The notes beneath the pieces are model-generated. The model had not been told where the DNA came from and did no database searches. It worked only from the letters and a program-made list of their open reading frames with translations. A stretch of 64,000 nucleotides of DNA from positions 592,911 through 656,910 of the forward strand of contig CP015028.1 in NCBI GenBank assembly GCA_011455275.1. Direction: 5' to 3'. Source of the DNA: Pasteurellaceae bacterium Orientalotternb1 (lineage in GTDB: Bacteria > Pseudomonadota > Gammaproteobacteria > Enterobacterales > Pasteurellaceae). Position numbers and translations under genes: made by a program. Positions 56,119 to 64,000 of this stretch are shown piece after piece (position 1 is the stretch's first letter; each line of letters opens with the position of its first letter).

Positions 56119-56865
56119 ATGTTAGAAAAAGTAACTTTTGCCGACAAAAAACGTAAAACTGTCGAGCAAGCCGAATTTACCGAAGATGGTCGCTATTTGC
56201 GTAAAATTCGCAGTTTTGTGTTGCGAACGGGGCGGCTGAGTGATTATCAACGGGATATGATGAATCATAATTGGGCGAATTTGGGGCTGGATTATCAAAA
56301 CACGCCGTTTGATTTTGTCGCAATTTTTGGCAACCACAATCCCGTTGTGTTAGAAATTGGCTTCGGAATGGGCAAGTCACTGGTTGAAATGGCAGCGGCA
56401 AATCCTGACCGCAACTATATCGGTATTGAGGTGCATACCCCTGGCGTTGGGGCATGTATTGCCTATGCACTCGAAAAAGGTGTGAAAAATTTACGGGTGA
56501 TCTGCCACGATGCGACTGAAATTTTACGAGATGCCATCGCAGATGAAAGCCTTGGCGGGTTGCAGCTCTATTTTCCCGATCCTTGGCAGAAAGCGAAACA
56601 CCATAAACGCCGCATTGTACAGCCCGCTTTTGTGGAGCGAGTGTTAAGCAAATTGCAAGTGGGCGGTTTTATCCATATGGCGACAGACTGGGAAAACTAT
56701 TCCGAACATATGCTTGACGTGTTGCGTCAATTCCCGCAACTTCATAACCAATCGCCAAGCAACGATTTTATCCCTCGTCCTGAATTTCGTCCTTTAACGA
56801 AATTTGAAGAGCGTGGACACAAACTCGGGCATGGCGTTTGGGATCTTTATTTTATTAAAAACTAA
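56119..56865 (+). CDS. trmB: tRNA (guanine46-N7)-methyltransferase
   Basis: 248 aa with [12 protein letters not shown] motif and YFPDPW. Confidence 0.9.
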   Translation: MLEKVTFADKKRKTVEQAEFTEDGRYLRKIRSFVLRTGRLSDYQRDMMNHNWANLGLDYQNTPFDFVAIFGNHNPVVLEIGFGMGKSLVEMAAANPDRNYIGIEVHTPGVGACIAYALEKGVKNLRVICHDATEILRDAIADESLGGLQLYFPDPWQKAKHHKRRIVQPAFVERVLSKLQVGGFIHMATDWENYSEHMLDVLRQFPQLHNQSPSNDFIPRPEFRPLTKFEERGHKLGHGVWDLYFIKN

Positions 56866-56881
56866 CTTTTCGAGGTGAACT

Positions 56882-57334
56882 ATGAAAACCAAAATGTTAC
56901 TTTCCACTCTTTTATTTGCCAGCCACATTGCGTTAGCAAATAGCGACAACTCTCAACCTCAAGTATTTGAAAGCAAATATGATTTTCAAAAAACGGTATC
57001 AGTTTTAACGGACACGTTTAAAGAGAAGGGGATGACCATATTCGCTCATATCGATCACCAAAAAGCGGCTAAAGAAGCAGGGTTAGATATGCAGCCTGCG
57101 ACTGTGATTGTTTACGGAACGCCGAAAGCGGGTACGCCGCTAATGGTAAAAGATCCTTCATTAGCATTACAATTACCACTTAAAGTTTTGGTAACACAAA
57201 CAGAAGCAAATCGTGTTGATGTGATGTTGAATACCGCAGAACAAGTGGTTAGCCGTTCAAAAACAGATTATTCTGCGGTCGAAAACAGTTTAGCAAAAGC
57301 AGAAAAACTGATTAAAGCCACGGTCTCTAAATAG
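56882..57334 (+). CDS. Secreted DUF302-domain protein
   Basis: 150 aa with signal peptide MKTKMLLSTLLFASHIALA. Inserted between trmB and yggL. Confidence 0.6.
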   Translation: MKTKMLLSTLLFASHIALANSDNSQPQVFESKYDFQKTVSVLTDTFKEKGMTIFAHIDHQKAAKEAGLDMQPATVIVYGTPKAGTPLMVKDPSLALQLPLKVLVTQTEANRVDVMLNTAEQVVSRSKTDYSAVENSLAKAEKLIKATVSK

Positions 57335-57360
57335 CGACAATAGATTAAGAGGAATACAAA

Positions 57361-57708
57361 ATGTCACAACCAAATCGTAATCGCAGACAACGTAAAAAAA
57401 TGCATTTAGCAGAGTTTCAAGAACTCGGCTTTTTAGTGAAATTCCAATTTGCCGAAGGCACGGGCATTGACCAAATCGATACTGTGGTTGATCGCTTCAT
57501 TGATGAAGTGATCCGCCCGAACGGCTTAGCCTACGAAGGCAGCGGCTATTTACATTGGGAAGGTTTAGTTTGCTTAGAAAAATTAGGCAAATGCGATGAA
57601 TCCCACCGCCAATTAGTACAAAAATGGCTAGCGGATAATGGCTTAATTGAAATTGAAGTGAGCGAGTTATTCGACATTTGGTGGGATTTACCAATTCACC
57701 AAGCGTAA
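57361..57708 (+). CDS. yggL: DUF469 protein YggL
   Basis: 115 aa. N-terminal NRRQRKKMHLAEFQELGF is typical of YggL. Conserved downstream of trmB. Confidence 0.8.
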   Translation: MSQPNRNRRQRKKMHLAEFQELGFLVKFQFAEGTGIDQIDTVVDRFIDEVIRPNGLAYEGSGYLHWEGLVCLEKLGKCDESHRQLVQKWLADNGLIEIEVSELFDIWWDLPIHQA

Positions 57709-57790
57709 GACTGGCAAGCGGTTGGATTTGCAAAAAATGTTGCAGATCTGACCGCTTGTTGCTTATTGCGAAAATCAGAGAGAGAAAAGA

Positions 57791-58324
57791 ATGGAATTTT
57801 TAGCCCCGATTATTTCAATTGTTGTCGGTTTCTTTAATTTTATGTTAGTGCTGCGTGCGTGGTTCCAGTTCTGTCGTGTTGATCCATATTTACCGATTTC
57901 CCAAACGTTAATGCGATTGACTAATCCAATTATCAATCCCGTCAGCAGTGTGCTCCCAACGATCAAAGGCATTAACTTTGCAGCCTTACTCTTAGCCGCT
58001 GCGATCGTCGCCTTGCAATTTATTTTATTTGGCTTGAGCGTACCCACGGCGGTATTGATCGGCTTATTGAGCGTACTCAAAACCTTCGGGCAAGTGCTAT
58101 TTTTCACAACCTTAATCCGAGCGTTAATGAGCTGGGTTACGCAGGGTAATCACCCGTTGGATTATACCGTGGCACAAATCACCGAGCCTGTGCTAGGCTT
58201 AATCCGCAAAATGTTACCAAAAACGGGGATGCTTGATTTTTCTGTGATGGTGCTGGGCTTCGGCTTAATTTTGTTGAATAGCCTTTTACTCAGCGTCTTC
58301 GGACGACTTTGGGCGTTGGCGTAA
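57791..58324 (+). CDS. yggT: YggT-family membrane protein
   Basis: 177 aa, two YGGT repeats, 4 TM segments. Confidence 0.75.
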   Translation: MEFLAPIISIVVGFFNFMLVLRAWFQFCRVDPYLPISQTLMRLTNPIINPVSSVLPTIKGINFAALLLAAAIVALQFILFGLSVPTAVLIGLLSVLKTFGQVLFFTTLIRALMSWVTQGNHPLDYTVAQITEPVLGLIRKMLPKTGMLDFSVMVLGFGLILLNSLLLSVFGRLWALA

Positions 58325-58626
58325 TGCAAGCGGTTGAATGTTGTGAAAATCCGCAAGGCATTCGTTTGCGGATTTTTTTACAGCCTAAAGCAAGTCGAGA
58401 TCAAATTGTCGGTTTGCATGACAATGAACTCAAAATCGCTATCACCGCCCCGCCAGTCGATGGACAAGCCAATGCTCACTTGCTGAAATTTTTGAGCAAA
58501 CTGTTCAAAGTCCCCAAAAGCAGTATTCAGATCGAAAAAGGCGAACTGCAACGACATAAACAGATTTTTGTGCCAGCACCGAAGCAAATCCCAAGTGACA
58601 TTGCACAGTTATTGAAGACGCTCTAA
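58324..58626 (+). CDS. yggU: DUF167 protein YggU
   Basis: [63 protein letters not shown] matches YggU. Start taken at the ATG overlapping the yggT stop (TAATG). Confidence 0.75.
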   Translation: MQAVECCENPQGIRLRIFLQPKASRDQIVGLHDNELKIAITAPPVDGQANAHLLKFLSKLFKVPKSSIQIEKGELQRHKQIFVPAPKQIPSDIAQLLKTL

Positions 58627-58899
58627 GGCTGTGTGATAGGCTTCCAACCGCTCTCTTTTACCAATAGCTAACACTAACACGGTGATTTCACCCTCATTGA
58701 CTTCGTAAACTAAACGATAGCCTGCCGTGCGGAGTTTGATTTTATACACTGGCAGTGTGCTGCCTTTCAGCCGATCCCCAATCACATGGGGATTTTCCAA
58801 ACGTTCTGTGAGCTTCTTTTTAAACTGTGTTTTAAGTGGTTCCGCTAATTTTTGCCACTCTTTTAGGGCTTTTTCGTGAAAGCGAAGTTTATAGCTCAT
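58609..58899 (-). CDS. RelE/ParE-family type II toxin
   Basis: 96 aa. RelE/StbE-like sequence (KEWQKL...[28 protein letters not shown]). Its 3' end overlaps the yggU 3' end convergently. Confidence 0.8.
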   Translation of the reverse strand: MSYKLRFHEKALKEWQKLAEPLKTQFKKKLTERLENPHVIGDRLKGSTLPVYKIKLRTAGYRLVYEVNEGEITVLVLAIGKRERLEAYHTALERLQ

Positions 58900-59146
58900 C
58901 TAAATCGATCTCAATAAATTGCCCGCTGGCTTTGCGTTCTGCCGCTAATTTGGCAAGTTTTAAGTCTTCGGCTAACTCTTGGAAATATTCAAACATTTCT
59001 GGGGTTACGCAGTAAAAAGCGGGTTCATTGTGGTTAAGAATAGCAATGGCTCCCGTTTCTGTTGCTCCGCTTTTGATAACCCCCATAGGATCTCGTTTCA
59101 GAGCGGTAATACTTGCTACATTTTCGGTTAATACTTGGTGGATCAT
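58889..59146 (-). CDS. Cognate antitoxin (Phd/YefM/StbD-like)
   Basis: 85 aa, immediately upstream of the toxin with an 11-bp overlap. The ASITALKRDPMGVI...AILNHNEPAFYCV pattern is typical of YefM/StbD antitoxins. Confidence 0.7.
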   Translation of the reverse strand: MIHQVLTENVASITALKRDPMGVIKSGATETGAIAILNHNEPAFYCVTPEMFEYFQELAEDLKLAKLAAERKASGQFIEIDLDEL

Positions 59147-59323
59147 TGTGGCTCCTTTGTGATTATAAAACGATGTAAATATAGCACTATAAAAAGTCTT
59201 TTTAAAACCTTTTTCTGTTCAAGCAAAGACTAAATCACAAAATTTTGATATAGAGCGTAGCCAATCTTCCCGAAAACTGCTAATTTAATGCCTATTGAAA
59301 ACCATTCTTATTGAGCGATAAAA

Positions 59324-60100
59324 ATGTTATTTGCCATTCTTGCGATTTGCACTTATCTCGGAGCATTGTTGTGGATCACCCCAACTCTTGCTCACCTTGA
59401 AGCCAATAAAAAACCGAATATCAAAGCCGTATTGGGACTCGGCGGTTTTGCCGTGTTATGTCATATGATTGATATTTCCCAGCATCTTTTTGTTGGAAAC
59501 GGGCAGAATTTCACCATTGTGAACGTTGGCTCGCTATTTAGTGTGGCAATGAGTGCTTTAGCGACAATCGCATTAACTCGCTGGAGAACAATTTGGCTGC
59601 CGCTGTCGGTGATTTATGTGCTAGGTATTGTGAGTGTGGCATTATCGAATTTCGTTGAAGGCAATTTCGTCAAGCAGTTAGCGGAAAATACGGGGCTGAT
59701 GTTCCATTTAGCGATGGCAATTTTTTCTTACGCACTGTTCTTTATTGCGTTACTGTATGCGGTTCAACTGAAATGGCTCGATAGCCGTTTGAAAGCGAAA
59801 AAAATCCCGTTTTCGCCTGTTTTACCGCCGTTGATGACAGTGGAACGCCATTTCTTTACCATAACCCTTGCAGCACAAGGCTTGCTGACGATTACTCTCG
59901 TAACAGGGATGATTTACCTGCACAATTTCTTTGCTCCCGAACAGATTCATAAAGCTATTTTTTCCTTTATCGCATGGATTATTTACAGTTTCTTGTTGCT
60001 CGGGCAGTGGAAGCTGCACTGGCGAGGAAATCGTGTGCTAATTTATTCAATTTCAGGTATGATGTTGCTCACTATTGCCTATTTTGGCAGTCGAATTTAG
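59324..60100 (+). CDS. Inner membrane protein YpjD-like (cytochrome c assembly/CcsA-like family)
   Basis: 258 aa, 8 TM segments. Conserved position upstream of corB/yfjD. Confidence 0.7.
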   Translation: MLFAILAICTYLGALLWITPTLAHLEANKKPNIKAVLGLGGFAVLCHMIDISQHLFVGNGQNFTIVNVGSLFSVAMSALATIALTRWRTIWLPLSVIYVLGIVSVALSNFVEGNFVKQLAENTGLMFHLAMAIFSYALFFIALLYAVQLKWLDSRLKAKKIPFSPVLPPLMTVERHFFTITLAAQGLLTITLVTGMIYLHNFFAPEQIHKAIFSFIAWIIYSFLLLGQWKLHWRGNRVLIYSISGMMLLTIAYFGSRI

Positions 60101-60134
60101 GAAATCTCTCCTTACTATCAATCTGGAATCTTTA

Positions 60135-60227
60135 TGTAGGGTGGGGATTGACCCACCATTGTGATTTGCAAAACTTTCGCAGAATCTGACCGCTTGTTTT
60201 GCTCTCGGTGGGGCAAGACCCACCCTA
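60135..60227. repeat. MITE-like palindromic element, family B copy 2
   Basis: GTAGGGTGGGGATTGACCCACCATT ... GACCGCTTGT ... GGTGGGGCAAGACCCACCCTAC. Same architecture as 11936..12023. Confidence 0.6.
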
Positions 60228-60276
60228 CCAGTTTAGTTTGAGAGATTTAGTTTTCAATCAACACAGGAATCACACT

Positions 60277-61539
60277 TTGGAAAGTATCCCCCTGAGTAGC
60301 TTATTTATTGCTCTTGCTATTCTTCTCGTGCTATCCGCATTCTTCTCTAGCTCTGAAACGGGGCTGATGTCTTTAAACCGCTACCGTATGAGGCACCTTG
60401 CTGAAAATGGGCATCGTGGGGCGAAACAAGCCGAAAAATTGCTTGCCAAAACCGATGTACTACTCAGCCTGATTTTAATCTGTAATAACTTGGTCAATAT
60501 CGCTGCCTCCGCCATTGCGACAATGATCGGGATGCAGCTTTCGGGCGAAGCGGGCGTGGCGATTGCCACGGGGTTGTTGACCTTTGTGATGTTGGTTTTT
60601 GCGGAAATTCTACCGAAAACTATCGCAGCGATTTACCCAGAGAAAGTCGGATTTTTCGCTAGTTATATTCTTACTCCGCTGAAAAAAATCTTAATGCCGT
60701 TGGTGTTTTTGATGAACATCATCATCAAATCGCTAATGAAATTATTACGCATTCGCAAGTCGGAAAAAACAGGGTTAAGTGCTGAAGAGTTGCGTGGCGT
60801 GGTGTTAGAAGCGGGGCGTTATATTCCGAGTTCGCACCAAGAGATGCTGATTTCGATTTTGGATATGGAAAAAGTGACCGTGGATGACATTATGGTGCCA
60901 CGCAACGATATCGGCGGCATTGATATTGATGACGACTGGAAAGCGATTATGCGACAGCTCACCAGTGCCGCCCACGCTCGAGTTGTGATTTACAAAGGCA
61001 ATATGGACAAAAGCATTTTGGGTATGTTGCGTGTGCGGGAAGCTTTCCGACTGATGCTCGAACGCAACGAATTCACCAAAGAGATGTTGGTGAGAGCCGT
61101 TGATGAAGCCTATTTCATTCCCGAAGGTACGCCGCTTACCACTCAGCTGATGAACTTCAAAAATAACAAAGAGCGGATTGGTTTGGTGGTGGATGAATAT
61201 GGCGATATCAAAGGTTTGATCACTTTGGAAGATATTTTAGAAGAGATTGTTGGCGAATTTACCACCTCTGCGGCCCCCACTTTAGATGATGAAGTCAAAC
61301 CGCAATCAGATGGCTCGGTGCTGATCGAAGGTTCGGCAAATTTGCGGGATTTGAACAAGCTGTTTAACTGGAACTTGCCGTCCGATGAAGTGCGAACGTT
61401 CAACGGTTTGATTGTGGAACACTTGGAAAAAATCCCCGATGAAGATACGCAATTCACTTTGTTTAAGCTCAACGTTACCGTGCTAGAAGTTGGCGATAAT
61501 ATGGTGAAATTGGCACGGGTGGAGCCAGTGAGAGAGTAA
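60277..61539 (+). CDS. corB: CNNM-family Mg/Co efflux protein CorB (YfjD-like)
   Basis: DUF21 + CBS pair + CorC_HlyC. The N-terminus (M)ESIPLSSLFIALAILLVLSAFFSSSETGLMSLNRYRMRHL aligns with E. coli YfjD. Start assigned to TTG 7 nt after AGGAA. The ORF-track start at 60199 lies inside the repeat element. Confidence 0.7.
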   Translation: MESIPLSSLFIALAILLVLSAFFSSSETGLMSLNRYRMRHLAENGHRGAKQAEKLLAKTDVLLSLILICNNLVNIAASAIATMIGMQLSGEAGVAIATGLLTFVMLVFAEILPKTIAAIYPEKVGFFASYILTPLKKILMPLVFLMNIIIKSLMKLLRIRKSEKTGLSAEELRGVVLEAGRYIPSSHQEMLISILDMEKVTVDDIMVPRNDIGGIDIDDDWKAIMRQLTSAAHARVVIYKGNMDKSILGMLRVREAFRLMLERNEFTKEMLVRAVDEAYFIPEGTPLTTQLMNFKNNKERIGLVVDEYGDIKGLITLEDILEEIVGEFTTSAAPTLDDEVKPQSDGSVLIEGSANLRDLNKLFNWNLPSDEVRTFNGLIVEHLEKIPDEDTQFTLFKLNVTVLEVGDNMVKLARVEPVRE

Positions 61540-61571
61540 CGGTGATTTTTTTGAATGCCTAGGGAGTTACG

Positions 61572-62384
61572 ATGAAGCATTACCGACCATTATTTTTCTT
61601 TAGTTTTTCATTGTTAGTTCCTTGGGCATTATGGTTTGCTGCGGCTTACTTAAGTCACCGTTCTGATGCCCAACATTATCAACAACTTCAATTAGGATTA
61701 AGTTTGCTCGGTTTAATTTCCCCCGCTTTGCTGGCAGGTTATTTACTTTTGCAAAATCCATCATTAAACCGAAAGCTTTTTTCTCGTCTTTTTTCTTTTC
61801 GTACAATTCCAACACGCTATTTCATTATGGCGATATTGCTGTTACCTGCGTCATTAATTTTGGCTCAACTCTTATCGCTTTTATTAGGCTATAGCACTGA
61901 ACAATTTGTCATTTCAGGTTCGCCTTCTTTTACATCGGTGCTGTTATCGCCTTGGATTATGTTAATTTCAGCCGCTGTAGTTGAAGAATTGGCTTGGCAC
62001 TCTTATGGTACAGATGCACTACTATCTCGCTTTAGTTTATTTACGACTTCAATCATTTTTACCCTATATTGGGCGATTTGGCATTTACCTTTAGCTTTTA
62101 TCAAAGGCTACTATCACAGCGAGTTAGTGCAACAAGGTGCCGTTTATATCATCAATTTTGTGTTGAGTATGGTGGTGTTTATTCTGTTAATGAATTGGTT
62201 ATATATGAAATGTGGCCGCAGTATTTTAATAGCGATGTTATTTCATTTAAGTGCGAATTTAGGCAATGAAATTTTCGCTACTCACCCAGACAGCAAAATA
62301 ATTCAAACCTTGTTATTAGTGATTTTAACCACGTGGGTTGTATGTAAAGAGAGATTTCTCTTTTTCCAAACAAATCATCTTTGA
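61572..62384 (+). CDS. CPBP-family (CAAX protease/Abi, PF02517) intramembrane metalloprotease-like protein
   Basis: 270 aa, about 7 TM segments. Motifs EELAWH (EExxxR-like), AIWHL (FxxxH) and FHLSANLGNE (HxxxN). Low GC. Confidence 0.7.
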   Translation: MKHYRPLFFFSFSLLVPWALWFAAAYLSHRSDAQHYQQLQLGLSLLGLISPALLAGYLLLQNPSLNRKLFSRLFSFRTIPTRYFIMAILLLPASLILAQLLSLLLGYSTEQFVISGSPSFTSVLLSPWIMLISAAVVEELAWHSYGTDALLSRFSLFTTSIIFTLYWAIWHLPLAFIKGYYHSELVQQGAVYIINFVLSMVVFILLMNWLYMKCGRSILIAMLFHLSANLGNEIFATHPDSKIIQTLLLVILTTWVVCKERFLFFQTNHL

Positions 62385-62507
62385 TAGAAATAGCCTCTTT
62401 TTGCAAAATTTAGCTCGAATCTGACCGCTTGCAGACATTCTTACTTTGAACCCATCGGCACATTCAGGTAAAATCTCGCCATATTTTGCATTGAAAACGA
62501 TAATCTA

Positions 62508-63488
62508 ATGACACAATTTACCCTTGACCAAATTTCCGCCCTTGCCAAAAATGATATGCAAGCGGTCGATACCGCTATTCTTGCCCAACTCAATTCTGAT
62601 GTGGTGCTGATCAATCAGCTCGGGCATTATATTATCAGTGGTGGCGGCAAGCGAATTCGCCCGTTGATTGCCGTACTTGCGGCAAGAGCCTTGGGCTATC
62701 AAGGGCAGGAACACATCACCTGTGCAGCCTTTGTCGAGTTTATTCATACGGCAACGTTGCTACACGATGACGTGGTGGACGAGTCCGATATGCGGCGGGG
62801 TAAGGAAACAGCGAATGCTCGTTTTGGCAATGCGGCAAGCGTGTTGGTTGGCGATTTTATCTACACCCGAGCCTTCCAAATGATGACCAGCCTTAACTCG
62901 TTGCCTGTGTTGAAAGTGATGTCGGACGCCACCAACGTGATTGCCGAAGGTGAAGTCCAACAGCTGATGAATATCAACGACCCTGACACCACCGAAGAGA
63001 GCTATATGCAGGTGATTTACAGCAAAACCGCCCGCTTGTTTGAAGCCGCCACCCAATGTGCGGCGTTGGTGGCGAATGCGAGCGAAGCGGAAGTGGTAGC
63101 CTTGCAGAATTATGGTCGCTATCTCGGCACGGCGTTCCAGTTGGTTGACGATATTTTAGATTACAGTGCCAATGCGGAGAAACTTGGCAAAAATATCGGC
63201 GATGATTTAGCCGAAGGCAAGCCAACGTTACCGCTACTGCACGCAATGCGAAACGGCACCCCGCAACAAGCCGCCCTAATTCGTGAAGCGATTGAGCAAG
63301 GCGGAAAACGTGATTCGCTTGATGAAATTTTAGCGATTATGGCAGAGCAAAAATCTCTAGATTACACGATGCAACGAGCCAAACAAGAAGCTCAAAAAGC
63401 CGTTGATGCCATTGCAATGTTGCCAGAGAGTGAGTTTAAGACAGCGTTGACATCGTTGGCGTATTTGTCGGTGGATAGAAATTACTAG
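62508..63488 (+). CDS. ispB: Octaprenyl-diphosphate synthase
   Basis: 326 aa with the two aspartate-rich motifs DDVVDESDMRRG and DDILD. Confidence 0.9.
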   Translation: MTQFTLDQISALAKNDMQAVDTAILAQLNSDVVLINQLGHYIISGGGKRIRPLIAVLAARALGYQGQEHITCAAFVEFIHTATLLHDDVVDESDMRRGKETANARFGNAASVLVGDFIYTRAFQMMTSLNSLPVLKVMSDATNVIAEGEVQQLMNINDPDTTEESYMQVIYSKTARLFEAATQCAALVANASEAEVVALQNYGRYLGTAFQLVDDILDYSANAEKLGKNIGDDLAEGKPTLPLLHAMRNGTPQQAALIREAIEQGGKRDSLDEILAIMAEQKSLDYTMQRAKQEAQKAVDAIAMLPESEFKTALTSLAYLSVDRNY

Positions 63489-63499
63489 TTTGAACTAAA

Positions 63500-63978
63500 A
63501 TTCTGCCCCCGCTTGCGGGGGAAGTACCGCCGAAGGCGGGGTAGGGGGTAAAATGAAAAATTTCAGAAAAGCTGAAACAGAAACCCTAATCCATTACCAA
63601 AAATTTCTACGCAAAAATATGACTTTTGAAGAAGTTCTGTTATGGCAGGAAATTCGTAAAGGTCGTTTAAGTCGCTTTCGAATACGGCGACAAGCCATTG
63701 TTGCAGGATACATTGTTGATTTTGCTTGCTTGCCTGCAAAGCTGATTATTGAAGTGGACGGTGAACAGCATTTTGATCCCGAAATACTTAAATATGATGA
63801 AAATCGAACACTAACTTTAAACCAATTAGGATTTCAAGTACTACGGTTTACCAATAGCGAAATTAAAACACAACTAGATAACGTATTAGATGAGATCTAT
63901 TTCCATCTGAATAATAAAACCTAATTTTGCCCCCTACCCCGCCTTCGGTGGTACTTCCCCCGCAAGCGGGGGCAGAAT
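63500..63978 (+). mobile_element. Compact TIR-bounded cassette: 53-bp TIR-L / DUF559 nuclease gene / 54-bp TIR-R
   Basis: TIR-L (63500..63552) ATTCTGCCCCCGCTTGCGGGGGAAGTACCGCCGAAGGCGGGGTAGGGGGTAAA is the near-perfect reverse complement of TIR-R (63925..63978) TTTTGCCCCCTACCCCGCCTTCGGTGGTACTTCCCCCGCAAGCGGGGGCAGAAT. The ORF fills the interval exactly from start to stop codon. Confidence 0.75.
63553..63924 (+). CDS. DUF559 (PF04480) Vsr-like / PD-(D/E)xK endonuclease-fold protein
   Basis: 123 aa with a conserved core YIVDFACLPAKLIIEVDGEQH (D...ExD...H) typical of DUF559. Low GC. Confidence 0.75.
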   Translation: MKNFRKAETETLIHYQKFLRKNMTFEEVLLWQEIRKGRLSRFRIRRQAIVAGYIVDFACLPAKLIIEVDGEQHFDPEILKYDENRTLTLNQLGFQVLRFTNSEIKTQLDNVLDEIYFHLNNKT

Positions 63979-64000
63979 TTTCTTTATTAGCAAATTATAA

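Noticed and set aside
60199-60276. Upstream extension of corB starting at TTG 60199 as given by the ORF track
   Set aside because: The first 26 codons would be read out of the family-B palindromic repeat element. The E. coli YfjD N-terminus aligns from the TTG at 60277, which has an AGGAA RBS.

Overview
This is a 64-kb chromosomal window from a Pasteurellaceae genome, most likely Actinobacillus or a close relative. The 9-mer ACAAGCGGT uptake signal sequence (USS, the Actinobacillus pleuropneumoniae type) occurs roughly once every 2 kb, and inverted USS pairs act as most intergenic terminators.

The gene content is largely core housekeeping:
- The 3' end of putA, followed by a compact two-gene ribonucleotide reductase (RNR) in beta-alpha order with a short alpha subunit that lacks the ATP cone (class Id-like).
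- fabH-plsX-rpmF-yceD on the minus strand, then dapD, prlC, pyrG.
- A consolidated maltose locus: malT-malM-lamB-malK divergent from malE-malF-malG-malQ. It carries two consensus CRP sites and MalT-box-like motifs. malG is broken by a -1 frameshift in a C6 tract.
- accBC-aroQ, hemH, and the str operon rpsL-rpsG-fusA-tufA.
- A second tuf copy (thrU-tyrU-glyT-thrT-tufB) that converges on tufA. The two tuf copies are near-identical 1.3-kb inverted repeats bracketing a single low-GC gene for a major-facilitator-like permease.
- coaA, trmN6, rraA, then a low-GC sugar-utilisation island: a GntR regulator, a CUT1-family ABC transporter and two Gfo/Idh/MocA oxidoreductases.
- pqiA-rnhB-ygfZ, mgsA, thrC, trmB-yggL-yggT-yggU, a RelE/antitoxin pair, ypjD-corB, a CPBP-family membrane protease and ispB.

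The most unusual signal is a 479-bp cassette at the window end. A DUF559 gene (Vsr-like PD-(D/E)xK nuclease fold) is bounded exactly at its start and stop codons by near-perfect 53/54-bp terminal inverted repeats (TIRs) that contain USS-core-like hairpins. Three gene-less MITE-like derivatives of the same TIRs sit in the malE|malF, malF|malG and malG|malQ intergenic gaps. A second palindromic USS-carrying repeat family has two copies.
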